Source: Moniliella sp. 'wahieum'
Lineage: Eukaryota
Direction of reading: 5' to 3'
Assembly: GCA_003971905.1 (NCBI GenBank)
Contig: RSEE01000150.1
Span: 62,001 to 116,859, forward strand
DNA: 54,859 bases
Shown in pieces: positions 38,176 through 50,957 of the stretch (position 1 is the stretch's first letter; each line of letters begins with the position of its first letter). Made by a program: the position numbers and the translations under genes. Below the pieces are notes generated by a model. That model worked only from the letters and a program-made list of their open reading frames with translations, ran no database searches and had not been told where the DNA came from.

Positions 38176-39673
38176 GCTGGCTCCACTGTGGGTGGGTAGG
38201 ACCGCGGTGGACCTCGCGTCGTCGTGGCGCTGTGTGATGGGGGGGGAGTGGGAAACGCGCCGCGAGGGGCGCAACCCCGAGGCGAGCGGGAGGACAAAGG
38301 GGGGGGAAAGGAAGTAAGATGGGGACGGAACGGGAGGCGACTGGTCCCAGTTTCCCTCCCTTCGATCTCCATCGTGCGTGTTTGTTCGTTTTCGTTTTCT
38401 TCGTGCTGGGCGATCGCGCGTGGGCAGGCACGGTCCGAGCGCCTGTTGACGCCGGTGACGTGGTGGCCACAGCCTCCATCCAAAGCCAAAGGCAAGGGAG
38501 AAGTGTTTAAGTGGTTAAGTGTTGGTCTGTCGAAGAAACCTTCTCGTCTTGCCTTTTGTCCTCGATGCTCTCGTTTCGCCCTTACTTTGCCCCACGTTAC
38601 TCCCCTACGAAGTGGCGTACGAACTTCTTAGCTCTTACCTCTCTCATTCCTGCGTGCTCGCTCCGCCCCCCCAGCCCCTTCGCTGTGTCTTTCTGTCGCT
38701 GGCTCTCAACCTCTACCTCTTCCTTTTTCCCTCTACCTTTTTCCCTCTGCCTCTTACCTTTGCCTCTCTGTCTCTCGATCTCTGTGTCTCCCTCCTACCG
38801 CTCTCGATCTGCTCCCCCTCTCTCTCTCTCTCTCTCTCCGTTCGCATGCATCAGTCCCGCCCCACCTGCTCTCCTTGCCGCCCGAACCGCTTGGGTCCAT
38901 GCTCGTCCTCTCTCTCTCGATGCCTCTCTCTCTGTCTTTTTTCCCCCCATCCCCTTCCCATCCCTCGCCGTAGTATGTGACATTGGTCCGTGCATACACC
39001 AGCGTGGCCGAGGCGGGGGGGGGGTTGAAGCTTGAAGTTTTGAAGCTTGATGCGTGTCGTTCAGTACTACGTGTCGGTCAGTGCGTGTCGCTGCGTTGCG
39101 CTCTCGAATGTAGCATTCCGTTCACCCTGCCTGTTTGTGTCTGTCTGTCTGGCTGTGGACCTGGCTGGCGGGTTGGGTTGCGTTCGGATCGATTCGATTC
39201 GGTCGGCGCAGCGGGTGTGGGTTGTAGCGTGAGACTCGGAGTGCTCAGTGTGCAGGACAACAGAATGATCCGTACGCCATATGCCGGACGCCGAACGCCG
39301 TGCTCAGTACTCAGTCTGAGTGAGTGTGTAGAGCTCAGTACTCAGGGACTACTACTACTACAGATTTTGAGTGTACACAGCAGCGTTCTTGTATGCCTCG
39401 CGCGCGCGCGCGCGGTTCGTTTTCCCCAGTTATCCCAGCGTGACCGTCCTCCCCTCTCGTTCTGCTCTCCCGCCGTGGTAGGCAACCAGGGTAACCAGGA
39501 CCCAGGGGCGAGGACCAGTGGGTAAGAGATATCCGCGTACTATGTGCCACGCCCTCCCTCGAATCTACGTGCAGTTGTTCGTGGGATCTTCACCTTGCTT
39601 CCCTCACCGCTGAGAGTCCCGCGCCGGAGAGAGGTGTACATGAAGACCCATTGCACGTTCTTTTGCCATGACC

Positions 39674-39751
39674 AGAGCTAGAGCTAGAGCTAGAGCTACT
39701 AACTGAGCTAGAGCTAGAGCTAGAGCTAGAGCTAGAGCTAGAGCTAGAGCT
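39674..39751. repeat. (AGAGCT)n hexamer microsatellite, about 12 copies with one interruption
   Basis: agagctagagctagagctagagct-actaact-gagctagagct... Confidence 0.9.
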
Positions 39752-42700
39752 GGCGATGAGGATGAGGATGCCGTGGACGTAGATGGGAGGAGCAAGCCAG
39801 CTGCGCACGCTTGGATCGAGGAAAAGAAAAGAAAGAAAAGTAGAAAAAAGAGAGAAGGTGGACGAGGGGGGTGCGACCCAGCAACAAAAAGAAGAGACAG
39901 TGAGAGATGAATGAATGAATGGCTCTCATCAGAGGAAACGCTCCTTCCTCCAATCGGAGGGCAGGTCCGCGAGGTTCCGGGGGGAGCACTACGTTCGTCA
40001 GAGCATTTTCGTCAGATGGGATCTCCTCGTCTCTTCGACTCTGTCCTTAGTTAGGTAGTTTGACCCGCTGACTTGGAGCCACTGTTAGGGGACTACGCGG
40101 AGGGCGACGAGGGTAGAGTTGGTCGTTGCCAAGCCTAATAGCCAGTAGGCAGCCGGTGTAAATCCAAACGACGGGTCGGGACGAATGTCGTGTACGACTT
40201 GAGCAAATACAAAACTAGGTGTGGCATCCACTGTTTGGGCCATATTATTAGTACAGCCGCCGCGACAACAGCCAACGTTCATGATCATGATCATGACCAA
40301 GGTGCGGCGCAAAGCCAATGCTGCAATTGGGAGAGACGTGCTCCCGGCGTCGCGGCATTAATATGTGCTCCTGTTGGAGCACGCGGGCGGGCGGACGGCC
40401 TGCCCTGCACACCATCGACTTTCTCACTCCGTCATGGAAACGTGGAAAGGGAAGGGGCGGAAGGACAGTGTGCCTCGATTCGCCTCGTCCTCGCAAAGCC
40501 TACGCTCACTTCAATGTGTAGCGATGACGAGGTGCAGGTCCTGGACCGCTCACGAGCCCCACTGCATGTGGCTCACCAATATAAACGGATTCCCAACCGG
40601 CCACACTGCTCTGCTCTTTTTGCATCACCCACCCGGTACCCCAGCTGACGGGGTAGAAGGTGGTTGTGATCGCTTCACGCGCTCCGTCAGCTCATCGACG
40701 TACGAGAAGAGCAGGTCGAGCACGTTACGGGGGTACTACGCAACCACCTAGTGGGCTGGGCCTGTCAGCGCCCACTGATAAGTCCGCCAAGCGCCATCCG
40801 CCGAGCCTCACCAGCTCCCTCAGAATGCAGTGGATAAATGTTTGCCTCACTTCCCCGAGCGGTTGCCCATTACATCCTTGCACCCGCCGTGGCGCACGTA
40901 ACCAGGCATGCGAATCGCCCAAGCCCCCACACCCATAGGGCAGGACAGAGCCACAGCTGCGCGCGCGTACTGCGTGGATCTGCATCTGCATCTGCATCTG
41001 CATCTTCCTTTGCAGGTAGTGTACCCAGTGCCAGGGCACGCAGGAGGTTGTGGATACCACAACAAGGGTACAATGACGCCACCGGCTTAACGATACCCAC
41101 AACTTGGCGGATCCAAACCGTGCAGTGTGCCGTGGGTAACGTGTTGGACCCACACTGCTCCGGCCCCGTGAGGCCGGGGACGTCTGCGACGGGGCATGGG
41201 GAACAGGAAACAGGGAACAGGCAGGATGATCGGGTGGGATTTTGAACAACACGTGTTCCAGCCTGTGCGGGTGCGAACTAGTCAACTCTTTTCCCCGGGG
41301 TAGCGTGTAGTGAGTACGTACCAAGTACGGAGTGGTTGGTGGTCGTAGTCGGAGCCGCAACAAAAGTGGGGCGACAGAAGACACTGTTGGCTGTTCTGTT
41401 CTGTTCGCGTGTCTGGCACGGCGCATCACCGTCGGCGAGAAACGGCGATACAACAAGAGAGACTTGGGTGGCCGCCGCTGCGGTTCCCCCTGGGCACCAG
41501 TAAAGAATGGCCCTGCGACTCGGTACCTCTCGCTGCGGTGGTCTTTTGGTTTGGGCTTGCTTCTTCTTGCCACCACGGTTGCCCTTGTCGATCTCGCGTT
41601 GTCCTTTTGTCGCATGTCAACATGTCAACGTTCCGTACTTCAACTGCAACCGCTCGTGGGTTCACCTTCAAGCTTCAAGCTTCAAGGTTCAGAAGAGTCA
41701 AACTACAAGTCACTATAGAAAATCCTCACTGTAAGGATTGGGAATATCGATTTTGTCCGCGTCTCCATGCATATGGTGCGCCGGTGGACTCTCCGATACG
41801 AAGAGTCTCATACTTGTGTGCACCTTGTGGGGACCGATCCGGCTTACAATATACAACCCCCTACAGCCCTCCTACTCCACCACTGAGGCCTGAGGTACCG
41901 AGAACTGAGGACTGAGGGAGGTGTGCAACTCCCCTATATCAGCGCTAAGTACTAAACGCTAAGCACTAACGCGCGAACCGGCCGGATCTGAGGCGTCAGT
42001 CCGATGTCTGAGATCGGGCTAAAGGCTGGAGCCCTGAGTCCCTGAGACACTTGTTCCGCATCAAATATTTAGTGCAAGCTTGACGAGATTGACGAGATTG
42101 ACGAGATGGACGCCTCCTGCTTCTGGCGCTCAGCCCCAGGTCTCAGAGGGGGGGGGCAAGACCAGTGGGCGCGTCTTAGGCTTAGGCCTTATACCCGCCC
42201 TCAGGCCTCGCGCTTCACGCGCTACCGTGCTCCCGTCTCAGTCCCCAGTAGTGAAGCTTGAAGCTTGTAGCTTGTAGCATACGATGGGATCGAGTCATCT
42301 GTGCATCGAGATATCAACGTTCAACCGCTTCTAGTGTGGCGGCAGTGGATTGGCGCGGTGGGCAGCGACCATGTGCACTAGACAGAGCTGGGGTATAGAG
42401 CTGGTGTGTCTATATCCTGTCCACATATCCTGACCATCAATGACCATGCTGTCCAAGAAATACGCATGGGTGGGATGGACAGAGGACAGAGCGCAGACGC
42501 CCGCGGGGGTTGGACTCAATGCAAAACAACTGGTTTGTCGCGTGGGATTCCATGGTGCATGGTGCATGGTGCATGGTGTATGTTATGTTCGGCCTTATAT
42601 AGGCCTGAGGGCTTGCTGCGGCCAATATTAATACCGCGGAATCGGAATCCCGTTGTACGCTATTCATATGGCTGTGGATGTAGCTGGAAAGTAAATGTAG

Positions 42701-44823
42701 ATGTAGATGTAAATGTAGATGCCTCGATCCGCGGCACTTTTGGGTTCGGAGGATCAGAGCCCCTCGGAGCGTGTCGTACCTGATGCAATGGTTACTGGAT
42801 GGTGTGGACGGTGGTGTTGCACCGCAGTGGCTGTTGGGAGTGGCACTGCCGTATACTAGCTTGGTTCAACGTTTACATTTTTTTTGTACGCCGCACGTGT
42901 AGTAAACACTGCTGGAGGGCATTCCTCTGTTCTTCCTTATCACCACCACATCTTCGCTCAACGTCTCAACGTTCAACCCTCGGTACCTCTCGTTCTTGAG
43001 CTTCAAGATTGACCGTCGACAGGAGTCCGAAGGTCAATCGTCGATGGTCGATGGCTGCAACCTTCTTGGTTCGCATATGCAACCTGCCCAGCGAACCGAA
43101 CCGAACCGAACCGAACTGAGCCGAATGGAATCGAGTCGATGCAGCAGGGGATGCCAAGAGAGGAATGATTAATGAGTACTCGGACTGAGTAGTACTGAGT
43201 ACTGAGTAATGCAGATGGTGCGAGGGATGCAAATGAAGGGTACGCTTGGCATGTACCTGTGCCCCCCACTCGCCACTCTCGATCCTCCGGGAGAGAGGAA
43301 CAGAGTGGACCGATGGGGCCCTGAGCTATCACGCGTCACGCGTCACCAACTCGTCGGATTCCAATCGCTCCCGTTATTGTAGTCACGAATAGCCAAGCCT
43401 TAGATCTCCGAAGCTCGGCCTCCCGCCTCCCGCCTACCGTGTGCGTGGGCGTGCAATATGGCCTGGAATATGGAACGGTTAATGGCGCTTGAAACCGACG
43501 TGTGGCTGCCCTGTGTGATCTGTCTGTAACCTTCTGGCCACGCAACAACACACAGCTGGCCGTAGATCTCTGGTCTTTCATCGATAATCTTCCAGCAGCC
43601 TACTGTACAGCGGCGGCACCCAACCCACCTCCCTGATGCAGGCGATATGCCATACCTAGCCCCGGTCCCTGGCCAGGCCCGACTGGGCTCGTAGTAGCTA
43701 GCGGGAAAAACGCACTGCCAGGTCTTAAGCCTTAGATACGCCCCTCACGCGCGCCTCACCACGTGAGGGCCAAGACCAAGGCCAAACGTTACTCGTTAAT
43801 CGCACCCCCGCTCGTGCGGGCAGGTTGACCGGTGACCCGGGCTGGGGTGCGGACACTCTCCGTGTGCCGGGGCCCACCAATGGTATCGCAAAGGTTATCG
43901 ATTATCGAGTCATCGAGGTATCTCGCCGACTCGGGAATCGCCAGTAGCACAGCGCGCAAGTATGATACCCTAAGTAGGACCTGTACCTAGCGTAACTGAT
44001 TCACCTACCTAACCCAACCCCACCTTCAAGTTCAAGCTTCACGTGCTTCACATCCGCCAAGGCACACCAGGGCACAGGCACGCCTCTTTCGCATGCAACA
44101 TGTACCACGGCAACTCACTGAAACGCGCTCCCAGCATGCACCACGAGTCCCTGGTCATTGCAGTGCTCACGCGCTCACGCACGCAGGCCATGCGGGACCG
44201 GCGATACCCGCCTGCTGGGGAGCGGGCACAGGGTAACCAGTTAAGCCGTAGGCCTTAGATCGTAGAGGCTGGATTGGCAGGGGCAACAGTAGACCATGGG
44301 CAGGCCATGGCAGGCCATGGGCAGAGGTTCCGAGTGTCCACGCGGTACGGGACGCCTAACTTGGCTTGACACGTCACGCGTCGAGCTTCAAGTCAAGGTT
44401 GCGGTTGCGGTTGCGGTTGCGGTTTTGAGGTTGAGGTTGTTCCGGCTTCGCGACACTTTTGCCGTTGGCTGGTTACATGTTACCGGTGTTAGCGGGTAGG
44501 GTAGTCACCGAGTAGGCTGGTTAGGCAGGTCGCCTGTGTTGCTTGACTCGAAGCCTGACTAGTGTGACTCCTACCGCGTGCCACCAGTAGCGAGTGCCTA
44601 ACGAGGTACTGGACCAGCTCTTACCTCTTACCTCTTGCCTCTTGCCTCGTACCTCTGACGGGACGCTTGGCGTGAACCTGGGGAAGCAGGCGCCCACAGT
44701 GTGCGTGTGCGGTGGCCAGACCCAGTGGCAAGTCGCAAGTGGTAAGCGGCAAGTACATCCGTCGCGCGGATGCCAAGCTTCTGCCAAGCCAACTGCCACG
44801 CCAACGGGCGGCCAACCACGTGG

Positions 44824-44882
44824 TGACCAGTGAGCGGTGAGCGGTGACCAGTGACCAGTGACCAGTGACCAGTGACCAGTGA
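44824..44882. repeat. 7-bp period array (TGACCAG/TGAGCGG)n
   Basis: TGA at 44824, 44831, 44838, 44845, 44852, 44859, 44866, 44873 and 44880. Confidence 0.9.
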
Positions 44883-45498
44883 CTATGAGCAGAGCGGTAT
44901 AGTGCGGCGCACCCACCTGCTGCGGTTGCAATTCCCCACTATCCACCATCCCAAACTCTAGTATTCCATCTGGGGTAATTAAATTACCGTTTAAACCATC
45001 CGAGTGAGTTTCCAGTTGGGCTGGGCAACTGCACAATCGCACCTACAATCGCCAATCGCCAATCGCCAATCGCCTAATCGCCTAATCGCCCGTCTGGGCT
45101 GGGTCTAGGCCTGTGTGGGCAGTCTGGCTGTGCCGCTGCTGTGCGCCGATAACCCGACGCGTGGCGCGTGGCAGAAGGCGGGCGAGACTGGTGCCACACC
45201 GTACGGAAAAAAAGGGATCCATATCATTCAAGCCTGCATAAGCATTAAGCATTGCCACTCCACTGACCACTGAATCCCACACTGGCGTTTGAGATCCGGC
45301 GAGGCGAACTTAGTACTTACCACTTACCCCTGTTGTGCCACCGGAGTATATTTACCCCTGCCCTGCCCTTTTCCTGTTCTCTTCTTACTTTCTTCCTCTG
45401 TATCCGAACCTCCTTCCCGCTTTCTCTCTCTTCCCCTTTGCCTTCGCCTTTTTCCCTTTGGCTTTCGCTTTTTCTGCGTTTCCTCTACTCTTCCCACC

Positions 45499-48167
45499 AT
45501 GGCCGCCACGTTCCGGCCTGACCTGGAGGGGGACAAGATCCTGGGCCACATGTCGGGGCCCGAGTCCGAGGGCGGTACTCGGACCCTGTTTTGGCAGAGA
45601 AGAAACGGTCGATGGAGGACAAGATGTGGTGGTGAATGAGCTTCCAAGGGACGGTTCGACCGGATCCGCGGGAGCGTGTACCAGCCATTCGATATGACCA
45701 AGGGCGATCCGTTGGACATGAGCGATGTACCAGAAGAAACGGGACCAGCGTTGACCGTGCGAGCGTTGACGGTTGGCACGGTGTTGGGGCTTGTGGGGCA
45801 GCATCGAATGTCTACCTTGGCCTAATGACTGGGTTCACATTTGGAGCGTCGTTGTTTGGGTCGTTATTGGGTGCAGCGATAATCAAGTCGATTTGTCGTT
45901 TGCCCATGGTAGGTGGACACTTTGGACCACGGGAAAACGTAACGATCCAATCGACTGCCACGGCCGCAGGAGGGTTGACAAGTCAATTCGTTTCTGCTAT
46001 CCCGGCCATGTACCGTCTCGGGTTACTTAAAGATCCCGTGTCGGATTTCGGACGGTTGTTCACCTTAACGCTGGCATGTGCGTTTTTTGGTGTGTTTGTC
46101 GTCCCTCCGTTCCGCAAGTTTTACATTCTCAAGCAAAAGTTGGTCTTCCCCACCCCCTCAGCAACGGCTTTTACTATTCGTGCTCTCCACTCGGTTGGGT
46201 CGGGCGATGTGACACTCAAGAAGAAGACACGCTGTCTCTTGGTTGCCATGATTGCCTCGATTGTGTTTTGTGTCGTCAACACGTATGCCGCGGGAAGTAC
46301 GTTTTATTCCCTCTTTTCTGTCCATCCACCAGGTACCATGGTGGACGTAAAAATGATCTTATGATCTTGTTGGTGAGAGGCAGATGAAGGCGGAAGATGC
46401 TGACCCAGGATGCTATTTCTTCTTTCTTCTTCTTTCTTCTTTCTTTTCACTGTCTCTTTGGGTTGGTTTTGATCGTGTGTGCGGCTGGACGTTTTTCTTT
46501 ACGTTGGCTTGATCGTGTGCGCGGCTGGACGTTTCGCCTTTCCGTTGGTGTTGGTTTACTTGCTGGCCTACACCAGTCCTGAAGGACTGGTACGTGTTCT
46601 ACTGGCTGTACAAGTGGGGGTGGAAAGGCGCGTTATCAGGGAACAACTACGGGTGGTCCATTGAGCTCACACCAGCGTTTGTGGGAGCCGGCATGCTGAG
46701 CGGGACGAACGCAAGTTACTCCTACTTATTTGGCGCGGTACTGGCCTGGGTATCATGGCACCCAGCTTTGTCGCTACCAAGTGGGCCGTGGGGAAACAGT
46801 CCCCTGAAAATCCTTATGCGTGGAATTACATGTCCATGAAAGGCCCTGTACCGGGAACGCCAAATGGCAACGTATCTCCTCGGTACGTCTTCTCTTCTCT
46901 TTTTTCTCTTGGCTTGGTCTTGGTCTTGGTCATGATCATTTCCCCCCCCCCGCTCCTCACAAAAAGGAGGAAGTGAGAGACGCATGCGCTAACCTGTACC
47001 CCATTTGTATTGGAAAATTGCGTTTTGGTGCGAGCAGGTACGCGCTTTTGTGGATCGGAGTCTCGCTGATGCTGTTCAGCTCGCTAGGCGAGGTACTGGT
47101 GAATGGGAAACCGATTTACCAAGCGTTGCGTGGGCTGGTGCGGCACGCCAGTGCCAAAGTGAGTCATCGGGCGACCGCTGCGCTCGGGCGGGCGGGGGAG
47201 AAACCTGGCTCCAAGGGCGATCCAGATGAAGAAATTTACGATCCTGCTCCCCCCTCGGAACAAGTTCCGTGGTGGTGGTGTGTGATTGGGATTTTGATTG
47301 CGAGTGCAGTGACGATGGGCGTGTGTGGCGGGCAGTACCATGTCAATGTGGGCAACGTCGTGTTGGGATTACTTTTGGCAGCGATCTTTTTGACGGTTGG
47401 AGTGACCAGTTCGGGCGCGACGGACATTAATCCCATTTCACGTGTGCAAAGGCAAGTCAACTGATCATTGGTGGTGTGGTACAGGCCGAAGGCGTGCACT
47501 CGTCGTCGCCCATGCTCAAATGGAAAATTTAGTTGCTGGATCTATCTCTGCGTCGGCCGCTTCGCACGGCGTAGACATGCTCGGTGACATGAAGACGGGA
47601 CATTTGCTCGGTGCGTCTCCAAGGGCTCAATTTTGGGCTATGCTATTTGGGTCCGTATGGGCCATTCCGTTCTCCGTCGGCATGTACGTGCTCTTCTCCA
47701 AGGCCTATCCCTGCATCAACGACGCAACCATCGAGACGTGCAAGTTCTCCCTCCCGAGCGTATCGGCCTGGACGGCAGTAGCGGAAGCCGTGACGAAATC
47801 CGGTGCTATTCCATCACTCAAACTCGGTCTCGTAGCACTCTTCCTAGGCCTGTTCTCCTTTGCCTTGGTCTTCGTTCGCCAATGGTTCGTCCCGAAACGT
47901 TACCACATCTTCTTTCCTAACTTCAACTCGGCCGGACTGGCATTCGTCACGCCGCAGCTGTACTACCCCATTGCCATGTCCATCGGCGCAACCGCCGTGC
48001 ACTTTTGGATGAAGAAGAACCCGCGCTCATTTGACTTGTATGGCTACGCCCTCGCCGGAGGCATGGTCGCAGGCGAAGGTTTGGCTGGTGTGATCAATGC
48101 CATTCTCACCATTTGCAACGTCGATGGCGCCACCGTCGGCACCACCGTCGGCATTCCGCCGTGGTAA
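45499..48167 (+). CDS. OPT-superfamily transporter, YSL-like fungal clade
   Basis: LTVRA, SNVYLGLMTGF, FGPRENVTIQSTATAAG, KLVFPTPSATAFTIRALH, GATDINPIS, DMKTGHLLGASPRAQF and AGGMVAGEG. Introns 46297..46576 and 46883..47037; ATG in CCACCATGG context at 45499. Confidence 0.92.
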
Positions 48168-49330
48168 ATGGTAAGGACCCCCCCCCCCCCCCCCAAAAAC
48201 AGCAACAGCAACAGCAAGGTTTTGTTTGTTTCTACCTCCCCCCCCCCCCCCACCCTCCTTCCGCTACCAACGTATTGGCACCTTGGGACATGTGCCACCA
48301 GTTTGGTGTGTAGCTGTTGGGAACGCCGGGTCGGGCGATACTCTCACTTTGTCTCTTTCCCCCCTCGTTTTCCCTATTCCCTATTCCCTTTTGGCCGCTA
48401 CCTAACGGACCACAACAAGCGACGGTCAGATGCAGCAATGCGGATTTGGATTTAATCTGCTGTACCATGTACCATGTACCGGCCGGATGGCTGCCTTCTC
48501 TCTCCCCGTTTGTTTACCTGGCAAACCAAGGGTACCCGTACCCCCCTTGGGCCTTGACGTCGATAACCCCCCCCCCCCAATACGGTTACGTTTTCTCTCT
48601 CTCTTCCTGTGACGGTCATGTAACGCAGTGAGTAGTGACGGTTGGATCCCCCCCTCTCTCAGACTTCAGTTCAGTCCTAGTCAGCCATGACTGGACGCGT
48701 ATTGCATGTACATATTCCGCGCTTACTAGGTACTGTCGTAGTTGCTCTCCGGCCCGCCCTCGCGCTGTCTTGGGCGTGAGATGTGAGAAAGGTCCGCGTA
48801 GACCACGCGTAGTTCTGGCGACGCAACGTGGTGGGCGCTCCTACGCGGTTATTACCTAGCACCGGTGGTGGTGTGACACCGAACAATGACGTTACCCATC
48901 GAGATCAAGCTAAGGGTGTGTTGACTATTCGGGGCAATATAAGTGGCGACGTGGACATCAGAGCGTTGTTCTTCACCCCGACCACAGTCAACACATCTCC
49001 CATCTCACACGTGACCCCACGGGTGAACTTCAACTTCAACTGAAGGATGACTTGACGAGAGGCTTGGATCGGTGGAATGACGTGGAGGGGCCGAGCAGCC
49101 GCTCACGTGATGGGTGTCGGCGGGTGGGGCGGGGTGCTGGTGGGCACTGGCGCGGTGCGTGGTGGGTTAGGTAAGCGGCCTTTCTACGCTCTTCCAGAAG
49201 CGGCCCGATTGATGGGATGGGATGGGCATTGGCATTGAATAGGATGCATTGCACACGACACGAGCTGCCCATCCGCACTCGCACCCACCCACCCCCCTAT
49301 CCACCACCTCCATCCCACTCGTCCTCTACC

Positions 49331-50564
49331 ATGGTCACCTGCACACGTCGCGGCTGTGGCGCCGACTTTGATCCGTCCGCGCCGGGGGAAGCGTGCGTGT
49401 ACCACCCCGGTACGGCCGTGTTCCACGAAGGACTCAAGTCGTGGTCCTGCTGCAAGGAAGTCAACAAGCCCGTGCTGGAATTTGACCAGTTCCTAGCCAT
49501 ACGCGGGTGCACCACTGCCCCCGCCCACACGACCGAGAAGCAAGTCCTTCCTACGGCATCCAAGCCTGCCGCCAGCCAAGCCAGTGCGTCCCACGTCACC
49601 CCGATGGGAAAGAAGTGTATGGCGCTGCAGGTGCTGGCGCTGCAACTCAACCAGGTACCAAACCGACGCTTGCTCAACCAGTTACCCAGCCCTTGGCTGG
49701 AGCTAGCTTGAGTGCTGCGCAGCGTGCGCAGGCGCAGGGCCCCAAGCCCGAACTGCCCGAACCGCAGGACCCGCCCGAGGCAGATGAGCCCGGTGCAGTG
49801 GTCGAGGGAAGCACGTGTCTCCGGCCCGGGTGTGGCCATCGGTTTGCCAGTTCGGAAACCGACTCGGAAACGGGCCGACGGGTGCGCTCGAAAGAGACTT
49901 GTTGTACCACAAGGGAACGCCCATCTTCCATGAAGGTTCCAAGGTGCGTATGGTAGTGGTACTCCTCTACATGGACATTGAGTTGGATGTTGTGGCTGCT
50001 TCGGCGGAGACTGACGACAGACGGGACGGATGCTTTTTGTTTTTGTTTTTCTTTTTTGTGTGGCTGCAGGGCTGGTCGTGCTGCAAACGCAAGGTGCTGG
50101 ACTTTGACGATTTCCTCAAGATTCCTCCGTGCACCACGTCGTCGCATGGGCATCTGTACGTGGGCGCTGCGCCCGAGGGGTCCGAGGCGTACGAGAAAGT
50201 GGACGCACGGGTGGACCACTACGAGACGCCCGACAAGGTATTTGTGAGTGTGTATGCGCGCGGGGCAGCGCCACCGCCCGAGTCGGAAATCACGATTGAA
50301 GCAGAAAAGGTTGAGGTGGACTTATGGTTGCCTGCGGTGGCGGGACGACCGAATGTGCGTCGGCGGGTGCAGCGTACACTCGTGCCGTTTGCCCCCGTCG
50401 ACCCGGCCGCGTCCCACTTCTCCATCGGCAAGTTCAAGACGGAAATCGTGCTGGCCAAGGCGACGGCCGGCGTGTCGTGGCCTGCGCTCGAGGCGGGCGC
50501 GGGTGCGGTCGGGTACGGCCTGACGTTTGGCCGCGAGGTGGATGCGGCGCAGAACGGCGCGTGA
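49331..50564 (+). CDS. CHORD-CHORD-CS Hsp90 co-chaperone (CHORDC1/Chp1-like)
   Basis: CHORD-I: CTRRGCG...CVYHPGTAVFHEGLKSWSCC...FLAIRGCT. CHORD-II: CLRPGCG...YHKGTPIFHEGSK/GWSCCKRKVLDFDDFLKIPPC. CS domain: RVDHYETP...KTEIVLAK...SWPALE. Intron 49944..50069. Confidence 0.93.
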
Positions 50565-50957
50565 AGAGTGGATGGGGGTGCAATTGATACTAGCTGCATG
50601 GTACTCGAGGCATGTTCGATGTAGGCCAAAAACCCCAATGCAATAGCAATCGATAGACGACAGTGGTTAGGCCTTAGGTAACCCCCCCCCCGGGGGCACG
50701 TGCGTAGGCCGCGTTGAACGTTCAATGTCCAATCCCCTCCGATTGCAATTTGAAACGAGCAGCGCACGAGCACAGCGCCCCCGTGCAGCACGCGTGCCGC
50801 CAGCCCCCTTGCAGGCGGCCTGGATGCTGGCCGGGCGAGGCACGCCCCCACCACCGCTCCCGCCACCGCCACTGCCATCGCCACCGCCATCGCCACCGCC
50901 ACCGCCACCCACCACCGCCATCGCCACCGCCACCCCACCACCGCCATCGCCACCGCC

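Noticed and set aside
40085..41700. ORFs of 130-296 aa in the CDK1-OPT spacer
   Set aside because: Low-complexity or GC-driven open frames containing microsatellites, with no domain motifs.
46469..46534. 26-bp duplication (40-bp period) inside OPT intron 1
   Set aside because: Ordinary local intronic duplication; no snoRNA box motifs seen.
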